This document shows positions 32,961-40,915 of a stretch of 51,481 nucleotides of DNA, one piece after another. The notes beneath the pieces were generated by a model. It was given only the letters and a program-made list of their open reading frames with translations, had not been told where the DNA came from and ran no database searches. Source of the DNA: Deltaproteobacteria bacterium (GTDB taxonomy: Bacteria; Desulfobacterota; JADFXK01). The first letter of the stretch is position 1. Each line of letters starts with the position of its first letter. The stretch is from the NCBI GenBank assembly GCA_015233625.1, contig JADFXK010000002.1, positions 1 to 51,481 on the forward strand, in the 5' to 3' direction. The position numbers and the translations under genes were made by a program.

Positions 32961-35153
32961 TTAGGACTCCTTGTTGGTCTCTGTCTGAAGCTGGACCACA
33001 GCTGCGTCTACGGCCTCATCTATTTCATCATGAGCCTTCTTAAGCTCGTCAATTGAAAGAGAATTTCTATCTTTAGGGTCGATGTGAAGGCGACTATTGA
33101 CCTCAAGGTTCAGGAGGATGATTGCAGATCCAAGATTGTTCTTTGCCCTAATCCTGGGGAATCTTCGTGGAAGCTCAACTCCCACTGGAGAGAGCCCGAG
33201 CTCGGTCAGGACCTCCTTGGCTGCAGATCGCACGCGTTCATTTAAACGACGTTTTGCCTGTTGCCTTTCCTTTTGGTGGTGTATCGGTTGAGGTACAAAT
33301 GGTTTTACTGTTTCATATTGTGGTAAGGGCGAATTCAATTCTTTTTTGATCATATCACGAAGGCCGGGTGCATCAGGATCAACGCCACGAAGTTCAAGAG
33401 CTGTCATGACTTCATCAACTTGTGCTTCGCGATCCTCAAGTGTAAGATAGCTTTTTTGGGTTACACGCGAGATAGTTTCTTTCACTACTTCCATAGAGGG
33501 TCTAAACCTCCTGCGTTTGGTTTCGCCACCTTCCGCTGTGCCATCAAACTCCCGAGTACCGTTAGCAATTTCTTGATAGATCGCCTGATCATCTTCATCC
33601 AATTGCTTGAGTTCATCCCACCACCTGTCGACGTTTAGACCAACATGAGAGACTATATAGGCACGGTTATCTGGATTATTAGGGCTATCTTGCTTAATTA
33701 CACGCATAACCCGGCCTATAAACTGCACGTATGGTACAACATGCCGAAATGGTCTGAAAATTGCCGCCACACTCAGGTTGGGATAGTCCGCACCTTCCCC
33801 AAGCATCGCCACCTGGACGACAGCATCGATCCTTCCAGCCTCAAGTTGGAAGCGGACGTCCTCTTGATCTTCGTTTGTCATGTCGCTGTGCAGCACAGCA
33901 GCACTCCGGCCACGTTCTTCATATAGTGATCTTATCTGGTTAGCATGGTCAATTGAACAAGCAGCGGCAATGATTTGATGTTTGGCTTCTCCTCCCTCAC
34001 GCAATTCTAGCATGCTCTCGATAGATGCGTCGACGATATGCTCGTTACATTCCCGAGAGAGTGCAACACCCTTACTGTACCATGTTTCCTCGCGGAGTTT
34101 TATTACTTCCTCTATTGAGTGTTGTTGCTGTTGACCCCTGTAAGTAAAATAAAGTGCGGCTGGCTCCAATCTGCGAGAAGCAATATTTTTAATAAATCCG
34201 TCTGTTATGGCTCGTGCAACCGGATACCTATATATTCTATCCCCTTCTACCTTTTTGCCATCAGATCGAAGTGGAGTAGCAGTAAAACTTGCGACCCTTG
34301 CTTCTGAGAATTGTGACAGTATTGTTTGCCATGTGTTGGCTTCAGCATGGTGCCCCTCGTCCAGCAGAATCAGATCGAAATAGTCTGGAAAGAATTTTTC
34401 AAGCCAACTCTGTCTCTTCGACGTAAATTGCTGAATGTTGGTTACAAGGATATTTGCATGGTCGCAATCGTCCACATTTGCATTTGAGTCCAGCTCAGCC
34501 GTTTTGGGGTATGTACCATTGGTAAAAACGCCAGTCTTCTTCCAAAAGTTTTCTGGATTCGTGAAATCAAGATTTTTTACCAGGTTGCGCCTGATTTCGA
34601 GATTTGGAGCTACAACTAGAACACGGCCTCTCGAAACTCCAAAAGGAATAACAGACATTGCACCAGTCTTCCCGCAACCGACTGGTAATTGGATTAGAGC
34701 TCGGCGTTTGCCACCTTCAAAATATTTAAGAGCCGCTTCGTACGCTCCTTTTTGTGGGAGGCGAAGAGAGTCATTATCCAAGATATTGACTTTTGCCTTC
34801 ATGAACAGATTTAGATCGATATTGGAAGCCCCGATACGAGCCAGTTCATTGTTAACCCAATTACTTGTCTGAATGCGATCAGCCAGTTGAATCACCCTTT
34901 CATATACACGTCGGCTTTCCACCTTGCGCTGTGCGTCTACGAGGCAACTGGCCTGGCTGATTAAGTTGATGATAGCTTGCTCTTTTTTACCATCTGAAAG
35001 CAGCAGATGAGCTATTTGGGCTTCGTAGGATGCCACGGCTTCCGCGAGTTTGCGAATCTTCGTTTTGCTCGCTCTGCTACGCTTGAGGTTCTCTAAGTCT
35101 ACTAGCAGCGCGCTTTTCTCGGCCTTGAGTTCATTCAGGACTTGCGATGTCAT
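32961..35153 (-). CDS. SF2 helicase, type III restriction Res / COG1061-like, with N-terminal coiled coil and about 230-aa C-terminal extension
   Basis: Motif I LPVGCGKTG (about 34667-34681), motif II LLDEGHH (about 34347-34361), motif III SFTATP, motifs V/VI MLGEGADYP and QFIGRVMR. I prefer the ATG at 35153 (GAGGG 5 nt upstream) to the tracked 35297. Confidence 0.85.
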   Translation of the reverse strand: MTSQVLNELKAEKSALLVDLENLKRSRASKTKIRKLAEAVASYEAQIAHLLLSDGKKEQAIINLISQASCLVDAQRKVESRRVYERVIQLADRIQTSNWVNNELARIGASNIDLNLFMKAKVNILDNDSLRLPQKGAYEAALKYFEGGKRRALIQLPVGCGKTGAMSVIPFGVSRGRVLVVAPNLEIRRNLVKNLDFTNPENFWKKTGVFTNGTYPKTAELDSNANVDDCDHANILVTNIQQFTSKRQSWLEKFFPDYFDLILLDEGHHAEANTWQTILSQFSEARVASFTATPLRSDGKKVEGDRIYRYPVARAITDGFIKNIASRRLEPAALYFTYRGQQQQHSIEEVIKLREETWYSKGVALSRECNEHIVDASIESMLELREGGEAKHQIIAAACSIDHANQIRSLYEERGRSAAVLHSDMTNEDQEDVRFQLEAGRIDAVVQVAMLGEGADYPNLSVAAIFRPFRHVVPYVQFIGRVMRVIKQDSPNNPDNRAYIVSHVGLNVDRWWDELKQLDEDDQAIYQEIANGTREFDGTAEGGETKRRRFRPSMEVVKETISRVTQKSYLTLEDREAQVDEVMTALELRGVDPDAPGLRDMIKKELNSPLPQYETVKPFVPQPIHHQKERQQAKRRLNERVRSAAKEVLTELGLSPVGVELPRRFPRIRAKNNLGSAIILLNLEVNSRLHIDPKDRNSLSIDELKKAHDEIDEAVDAAVVQLQTETNKES

Positions 35154-35685
35154 TGCTACCCTCATAGTACCACAAGTATGATGCCGCCTCTGAATAGTTC
35201 GCGACGCAGACATAACCAGCTTTTCCAAAAGGATTTGCCTGCAACTGCTTGGCCTTATCATCACGCAAAGAAGAGAGACTGCCGTTGACTTGTCCACTTA
35301 CTTCAAGCAGGAGTTCTTTGTCACCGAGCCAATAGTCAGCCCGCTCGCCTCTTCGGGCTACTTCAGTTATTTCAAGATGCGGAAGTTCTGCGACCAGGAT
35401 GCATGCGAGCCCTAGGGTGGCAAATTCAGTCAATGTAGGGCCTTGATATGTATTGATGCACAACTTGTAGTCTTCTTCGAGACCACTCCATCGTAGCATT
35501 ACTTCGGACTCTTGGCATTTAGCTTCTGCGTTCATGCTTCTGTAATTGATGCTAACCTCGGTTGATCCATCACAGTAAGATTCTCTTCCTTGAAGCCTAC
35601 TGACTAGAGGAGAACGCCAATCCTGCGCCCGAATCTTTGGATGAAGTTCCTGGATTCTCTCAACATCATAAAGAGTTTTGGCCAT
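35131..35685 (-). CDS. hypothetical protein, first gene of the helicase operon (family unknown)
   Basis: 184 aa. AGGAG lies 7 nt upstream of the ATG at 35685. Its 3' end overlaps the helicase start by 23 nt. The segment TEFATLGLACILV...RADYWLGDKELLLEVSGQ has the spacing of an E...D...E-x-K nuclease core, but with Ser in the Lys position. Confidence 0.6.
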   Translation of the reverse strand: MAKTLYDVERIQELHPKIRAQDWRSPLVSRLQGRESYCDGSTEVSINYRSMNAEAKCQESEVMLRWSGLEEDYKLCINTYQGPTLTEFATLGLACILVAELPHLEITEVARRGERADYWLGDKELLLEVSGQVNGSLSSLRDDKAKQLQANPFGKAGYVCVANYSEAASYLWYYEGSNDIASPE

Positions 35686-36257
35686 ATTCCGTTCTCCTAT
35701 GGTCCATTTGATTCAATCAACATCTATTCTCCATACAAACACATCGATTGTATTTGCAGTCTAACGGCAGGCCTAAGTGGCACAAAACCACGCGGCCAAT
35801 TATGCGTTAGTGGATAAGCCATCTTTCAGCGTTTTTCCCCTACCTATCTTTGATGTCTGTCTCAGAGTGTTTTGTCACGGCCCTTTAACCTACCGGCACA
35901 ATAAGTCTCAACGAAGACCCCAAAGTCCATCAACGAAGCTACGAATACCGGCCGGTCCACGATTGGAACATCGGCCCAGATCACCACGCTTCTTATGCTT
36001 CTCGTGCGAGACCCACGGCAACGCCGGTGGCCCCATCAATTTCTACGGTCACGATTGCTCTGTGTATACTCATTTTCGCAGAAATCGAAAAAGTAGCTGC
36101 TGATTATTTCTAATGCACTATACCTTGCTCTATCCTGAATCGCAAGTATTTTTTGCAATTGCCCCCATAAATCAGCATGACACTATTTGTTTGGTGAACT
36201 AACATGACGTAATAGTTTACTAAAGTATAGTCATTTGACCGCCACACCCGCCTCAGC

Positions 36258-37157
36258 TTAATCCTCCTGATCCCCCTGTATCAGCTTTCTGGTGATGTCC
36301 ATGAATGCCTTTAAGGATGGAGACAGCCACTTTTCCTGATACCGGATCATCAAAATGGCCACCTCGATCCGGCCTTCCACCCAGGGCAGAGCGAGCAGCC
36401 TGCATTGGGCCAGGTCATCGGCCACCGCCACTTCCGGCAGGATGGTCAGGCCCACTCCGGCCATGACGCTCCGTTTCATCGCTTCCACGCTGTAAAACTC
36501 CAGGCTGTGGTCATGGGCTACCCCCGCCTGGTCCAGCATCTTCTCAAATATCCGCCTGTAACTACAATCCACCCTCGAAAAAAGAAAGGTCTTGCCGGCC
36601 AGGTCCGCTGTCTGGACGACTGGTTTCAAGGCCAATGGGCAGTCCGGGCCGGCGACCAGGACCAGGTGCTCGCAGCCCAGCGATTCCACCACCAGATCCG
36701 CGGCCTGGATGGACTCGGTCAGCAGGAAGGCCAGATCGGTCAGACCCTTGCGGAGGTCATTGGCCAGGGCCTCGTGGGTGCAGGTGATGAAATTTAGTTG
36801 CACGTTGGGAAAACGGGAGTGGAATTCCCTGATTACCGGGGGCAATCGGTGCACGCCGAAGCTCTCCGGAATTCTTATGGTTAAGGAGCCTTGAGGCTGA
36901 CTTGACCCTGACATTTCCGCCAGGGTTTCATCCACCAGGTTGACTATCTTCTCCGCATGATTCAACAACCGCAGGCCAGCTTCGGTCAGGATCACCCGCC
37001 GGCCCAGCCGATCAAACAGCGGCACGCCCAGCTCTTCCTCCAGGGATTGAATCTGCGCCGAAATACTGGACTGGGCATAGTGCAACTGCTCCGCCGCCCG
37101 GTTGAAGTTCAATAGCCGGGCCACTGTCCTGAATGTCCTGAGCTGTCGGATGTCCAT
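36258..37157 (-). CDS. LysR-family transcriptional regulator
   Basis: MDIRQLRTFRTVARLLNFNRAAEQLHYAQSSISAQIQSLEEELG (wHTH) plus a substrate-binding domain. 299 aa. Confidence 0.9.
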   Translation of the reverse strand: MDIRQLRTFRTVARLLNFNRAAEQLHYAQSSISAQIQSLEEELGVPLFDRLGRRVILTEAGLRLLNHAEKIVNLVDETLAEMSGSSQPQGSLTIRIPESFGVHRLPPVIREFHSRFPNVQLNFITCTHEALANDLRKGLTDLAFLLTESIQAADLVVESLGCEHLVLVAGPDCPLALKPVVQTADLAGKTFLFSRVDCSYRRIFEKMLDQAGVAHDHSLEFYSVEAMKRSVMAGVGLTILPEVAVADDLAQCRLLALPWVEGRIEVAILMIRYQEKWLSPSLKAFMDITRKLIQGDQED

Positions 37158-37555
37158 TTATTCTCCTTCGATCATTGATTACGATTGACATGGTCAAAAC
37201 TAATCGTTTGACACGATATATAATATTTAGTTATTATACGTACCGATAGTACGGACTGCAACCTAAAATTGAAGGAGATGGAAAGATGAACAGACCAGGG
37301 ATTGAATCTGGGCCGAAATACCAGGTTGGACATAGGGCAACTGCTCCGCCGCTCGGTTGAAGTTCAATAGCCGGGCCACTGTCCTGAATGTCCTGAGTTG
37401 TCGGATGTCAGGTTCTTCTCCTTCGATCACTATTTTCGATTGACCCGATCAGAACTAATCGTTTGACACGATAGTTGATGTCCAGTTATTATATATACAG
37501 ATAGAGCGCAGTGCAACCTAAAACTAAAGGAGATTGAAAAATGAACAGAACAGAG
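37083..37555 (+). repeat. tandem duplication, period 255 bp, of lysR 5' end + divergent promoter + first codons of the downstream gene
   Basis: caactgctccgccgc... starts at 37083 and again at 37338. atgaacaga... occurs at 37286 and again at 37541. The lysR-derived part is near-identical and the intergenic part is more diverged. In copy 2 the lysR ATG is lost. Confidence 0.8.
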
Positions 37556-37978
37556 AAGACCATCCAATTGTTACAAATAGGGTCGAATTGCTCGCAAGCC
37601 ATATTGGCTGTCTTTGGTGAGCCACACGGGGTGGACGTTGACCTGGCTGACCGACTGGGGCGGCCGCTGGGCGCCGGACTGGGGCGGATGGGGCAGGTGT
37701 GCGGGGCGGTATCCAGTGCCATTGTGGTCCTGGGCCTGGCGCAGAAAAATGGGCTGGATGAAGCGGAAGCCAGAAACGACCTGGCCCGGACGGCCCAAGA
37801 ATTGGCGGCCCGGTTTAAGGGTTTGCACGGAACCATTATGTGCAAGGATCTGCTGGGCGCGGATATCAGCACTCAGTCCGGCATGGCCAGAATCAAGGAA
37901 GAGAAGCTCGTGCCCAAATTATGTCCGGTTTTTGTCCGGGATGCGGCGGACATCCTGTCGGAATTTCTACCGGAATAG
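37541..37978 (+). CDS. C_GCAxxG_C_C family redox-active protein
   Basis: NCSQAIL, CGAVSSA, MCKDLLG and CPVFVRDA give the family Cys pattern. 145 aa. AAGGAG upstream. Confidence 0.8.
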   Translation: MNRTEKTIQLLQIGSNCSQAILAVFGEPHGVDVDLADRLGRPLGAGLGRMGQVCGAVSSAIVVLGLAQKNGLDEAEARNDLARTAQELAARFKGLHGTIMCKDLLGADISTQSGMARIKEEKLVPKLCPVFVRDAADILSEFLPE

Positions 37979-37981
37979 ATG

Positions 37982-38160
37982 AATCCGCAGATGGTACAGA
38001 TGAACGCAGATAAAAGCGACCCACATACGCATGCGATCGATTGAACTGCCTCAAGGCAACACGCTCTAACCGGCCACCCTTGCTGATCTTTTGCCGGTCG
38101 AGGCTTGAATTCAATCGTGTGGTATTTTCTAATCTGTGCAAATCGGTTCAATCTGCGGAT
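37982..38160 (+). mobile_element. MITE-like element of the GCAGAT family (about 179 bp, terminal inverted repeats)
   Basis: Left aatccgcagatggtacagatgaacgcagat, right atctgtgcaaatcggttcaatctgcggat. The internal segment ccggtcgaggcttgaattcaa is shared, in inverted orientation, with 38521-38657. Confidence 0.6.
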
Positions 38161-38169
38161 AAGACATGG

Positions 38170-38478
38170 CTAGCCCCAACCGTTGTCGTCTGGAAAGATA
38201 TTGGAGTACCTGACGAATTGGTGCGGTGCGGCTATCATGTCTTTTACTGTCTCGCGCCATTTCAGATAATGGGCGGTCTCCTTATGCCGGGCCGGATCAT
38301 CGGGTGTGCGATAAACCTCCACCAGGACGAAACGATGGGGGGCATCGGCCTGCTGGATGACATCAAATCGGGCTATCCCCGGTTCCAGCACGCTGTGGCC
38401 GGCGTTTTCCTTGGTCGCCGCCTTAAACGCCTCAATCTGATCGTCCTTGACCTGGACAAAAACGTGAACGATAAGCAT
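38170..38478 (-). CDS. antibiotic-biosynthesis-monooxygenase (ABM) family protein
   Basis: Start at 38478 (GAGGAGAG upstream). [22 protein letters not shown]...[22 protein letters not shown] fits the ABM ferredoxin-like fold. The tracked 5' extension (to 38610) reads into the repeat. Confidence 0.65.
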   Translation of the reverse strand: MLIVHVFVQVKDDQIEAFKAATKENAGHSVLEPGIARFDVIQQADAPHRFVLVEVYRTPDDPARHKETAHYLKWRETVKDMIAAPHQFVRYSNIFPDDNGWG

Positions 38479-38520
38479 GATCATCTCTCCTCTATTCGTG
38501 GTCGGCGCGGGCCATGATTT

Positions 38521-38657
38521 AATCCGCAGATTGCGCCGATTTGCGCAGATTAAAAGACAAAATGCTTGAATCCAAGCCTCGGTCGGCCAAAATTCATCAA
38601 CTGATCGCATAGTCTGTGGGTCTCTTCCATCTGCGTCAATCTAAGTAATCTGCGGAT
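38521..38657 (-). mobile_element. MITE-like element of the GCAGAT family (about 137 bp), inverted relative to 37982-38160
   Basis: Ends aatccgcagattgcgccgatttgcgcagat and atctgcgtcaatctaagtaatctgcggat. Confidence 0.6.
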
Positions 38658-38709
38658 GTATTTTTGTCTCCCGATTAATAAAACTCATCGGATTCAGGTT
38701 AGCTCAGGT

Positions 38710-39519
38710 TCACTTCTTCTCGTGCGGAGACGGTTGGCCATAAATGGTCAGCATCAACTCCGGCCCAACCAGGCTGAAAACCGGCTCCTTTCCGGAATGG
38801 GCCAAACTTTCGGACAGAATCTTTCTAACGCCTTCACCTCGGGCTTCGATATATGACGCCCCAGTCTCTTTGTTCTTCATTTTCGACATGAAGGACACCA
38901 AGAGCTGGTTTCTGGTATATTGTCGGTAGGGTAACGTTTCCAGGGTGATGGTATTGGGTAAACCGCCCGGACTCATCAGCTCCAGGCGGTCGTCATACAT
39001 GAATAGCCTGATTTTGGATCCGGAAATAGAGTAATCCCGGTGCGCCACAGCATTCACCAGGGCTTCATAAACGGGCGAAAGAGAATATTGGGGATAATCC
39101 TTGCGCCCTATCTTCTTTGTCGCCGGCTTGAGCATAAATCGTTTGACAAAGGCTAAAGCCCCGTCAATCTGGTGATCGACCGGTCCCTCAATTTTTTCCT
39201 CATGAATCAGGTCATCCGAATCAGGATAGAACCCCCGATAGACCACTGACTGGATATAGGCTGAAGGCAAATGACGCTGCGGATTAAGGCCGAAGCTCAG
39301 CAGACCGGCCACAGTAGGCCTGATCAGCCCCTCCTCATCCTTAGTCATCGCCCTGGTGTTTATTAATAGATCCCTTAATGGAAGAGGGAAGGGGCCGAAG
39401 TAATTTCTTATGGCCGTGTCGTTCAAGTCGCTTTCGACAGCCGTCGGTACGGCCATTTCGTCGAAAGAATCTTTCCCGGCGGCTAGCTGACTCCTGATTT
39501 CTTCCGTGGTCTGGAACAT
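38710..39519 (-). CDS. COG2865-type ATP-binding / putative DNA-binding regulator lacking the usual N-terminal AlbA_2 (Schlafen-like) domain
   Basis: NAVAHRDYSISGSKIRLFMYDDRLELMSPGGLP (HATPase_c_4-like) with a C-terminal wHTH-like part. Only 269 aa, and only 119 nt of upstream space. Confidence 0.6.
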   Translation of the reverse strand: MFQTTEEIRSQLAAGKDSFDEMAVPTAVESDLNDTAIRNYFGPFPLPLRDLLINTRAMTKDEEGLIRPTVAGLLSFGLNPQRHLPSAYIQSVVYRGFYPDSDDLIHEEKIEGPVDHQIDGALAFVKRFMLKPATKKIGRKDYPQYSLSPVYEALVNAVAHRDYSISGSKIRLFMYDDRLELMSPGGLPNTITLETLPYRQYTRNQLLVSFMSKMKNKETGASYIEARGEGVRKILSESLAHSGKEPVFSLVGPELMLTIYGQPSPHEKK

Positions 39520-39628
39520 AGTTGATCAAACCCCGTAACAACATAATCATATCATCTGGATGGTGTCTGTTATCCAACCTGGTCGAGCGGGAGACTTGAT
39601 GGACATTGATCAGACGCAGGCCACAACG
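39504..39628 (-). pseudogene. displaced, diverged copy of the adenylate cyclase 3' end plus its downstream spacer
   Basis: The minus strand reads ...LINVHQVSRSTRLDNRHH versus the cyclase C-terminus ...QINVYQVSRLTRLENRH*. About 48 of 62 nt are identical to 42331-42392 at a constant offset of 2770. Homology continues past the stop (TTATGTYGT, TAYGTTCCA). Confidence 0.7.
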
Positions 39629-39638
39629 CCTGGGCCAG

Positions 39639-40544
39639 TCAGGACCGCCGGCTAAGAGCTTCGGCCATGACCTCCCAGAAGGCTCCGGAAAGGGACAGGT
39701 CGAGATGGAAAACCGGAATTTTGGCGGCGATGGCCAATGCCTGGTCCAAACGCCGGAGGCGGCGAAGTCGGAGCTGGTCGGCATTTAGGCCCCGGTCTCT
39801 AATATTGGACTGCTGGGCGATGGCGGCGGCTATTTCCGCGGCGGCCGGAGCGCGCAACATGGCTTCGGCCCGATCCACACCGGACTGGTACAAACAAAAT
39901 ATGGCGCCGAGCGGTAGAGATTGGGCCACATCCCAGCGTCCACCGGGGCCGCCGTCGAAAAAGTCGCTGAAGGTCGGCCAGGGATGGACGCGAAAGCCTT
40001 GCTCGGCGTCGGGCACCACCAGGGCGGCGTCGTCGGACCAGGAACGCCAGGGGGCCGGCAAGCGGCGACTGGCTGTGCTTTTGCCGGTACCACCGGGCCC
40101 GGCCAACAAAATACCCTGTCCCTGCCATTCCGCCAGGGCCGCATGTAGGAGCCAGACCCCTTGAGGTTCCAGGTGGCTGATCAGGCCGGCGGCGGCAAAG
40201 AGCATTTGGATGTAGACATCGGCACCGCCGTGGGGAAGGCGAACCACCATCTCTTCATCTGCTACGGGTGAGGGGTCGTGCGGTCCGCAAAGAAATATAC
40301 GGCGAGTCCCGTTGGCCGCGGCGCCACGCTGCAAGGGTTGCCCGACCGCCTCTGCCAGGGTGGCCACGACCGGGCCGGTAGAGGCTCCTGCAATCATATT
40401 CGCTGCCTGGCATCCGGAAAGAGTAAGCGTAAAACCAAGGTCCATAACTTCATCCAGATTCAGGGAAACGGCTCCGCCGAACATCGCGCGTAGGAAATAG
40501 CGAGCGAGTCGGTCAGGGTTGTTTCTTCGATCTTTTTTATTCAA
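39639..40544 (-). CDS. HprK-related P-loop kinase-like protein (HPr-rel-A / ScmC-like)
   Basis: 301 aa. GILLAGPGGTGKSTASRRL P-loop in a C-terminal HPr-kinase-like context. Gene neighbours are PqqD and the nucleotidyltransferase. Confidence 0.6.
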   Translation of the reverse strand: MNKKDRRNNPDRLARYFLRAMFGGAVSLNLDEVMDLGFTLTLSGCQAANMIAGASTGPVVATLAEAVGQPLQRGAAANGTRRIFLCGPHDPSPVADEEMVVRLPHGGADVYIQMLFAAAGLISHLEPQGVWLLHAALAEWQGQGILLAGPGGTGKSTASRRLPAPWRSWSDDAALVVPDAEQGFRVHPWPTFSDFFDGGPGGRWDVAQSLPLGAIFCLYQSGVDRAEAMLRAPAAAEIAAAIAQQSNIRDRGLNADQLRLRRLRRLDQALAIAAKIPVFHLDLSLSGAFWEVMAEALSRRS

Positions 40545-40620
40545 GGCGTCATTTTCGTTAGCTATAAAGTTGTATCGGCTTTGGTCCTGAAACCGGCAAA
40601 AGGCAGGATCAGGCCTGCGG

Positions 40621-40905
40621 CTAATCCGATAGAGACAGCAGTCCGGCTTCGACCAATTGCTCCAAATAGGCCCGGAGATGGTCGGCTAATTCCACCGGCG
40701 CGCTGCGGAACTGGCGGGATATGGCGGCCGGTAGATCGGCCATGCTACGCCGGCCGTCGATCAGACGCCACAGGGCCACACCGACGGGATTTATGCCGAA
40801 AGCGTCGGCCGTGTCCGGGTTATATAGCAGGGCCCAGTCGTCCAACTCTTCCCGCAGGACGACAACCGGATTGGCGATGGGATAGGACGTGTCGCTGATG
40901 TTCAT
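40621..40905 (-). CDS. PqqD-family peptide chaperone (RiPP recognition element)
   Basis: 94 aa. ...VVVLREELDDWALLYNPDTADAFGINPVGVALWRLIDGRRSMADL...LEQLVEAGLL is the typical PqqD/RRE pattern. Confidence 0.8.
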   Translation of the reverse strand: MNISDTSYPIANPVVVLREELDDWALLYNPDTADAFGINPVGVALWRLIDGRRSMADLPAAISRQFRSAPVELADHLRAYLEQLVEAGLLSLSD

Positions 40906-40915
40906 ATTGGCTCCG

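Noticed and set aside
35880-35935. Possible fourth, inverted copy of the oxidoreductase tail (TTCGTTGAG...CCGGTA...AAGG on the minus strand)
   Set aside because: Only a 9-nt exact block plus scattered matches. The orientation does not fit the insertion model, and the match is compatible with chance.
35777-36103. 108-aa + strand ORF in the gap between the helicase operon and lysR
   Set aside because: There is no RBS, and the product is Pro/Arg/Ser-rich with no motifs. The region looks like decayed or non-coding DNA. I could not assign the short minus-strand frames there either.
38170-38610. Full 146-aa version of the ABM ORF
   Set aside because: The N-terminal 44 residues (…[15 protein letters not shown]…) are translated from the GCAGAT repeat. 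A strong RBS precedes the internal ATG at 38478.
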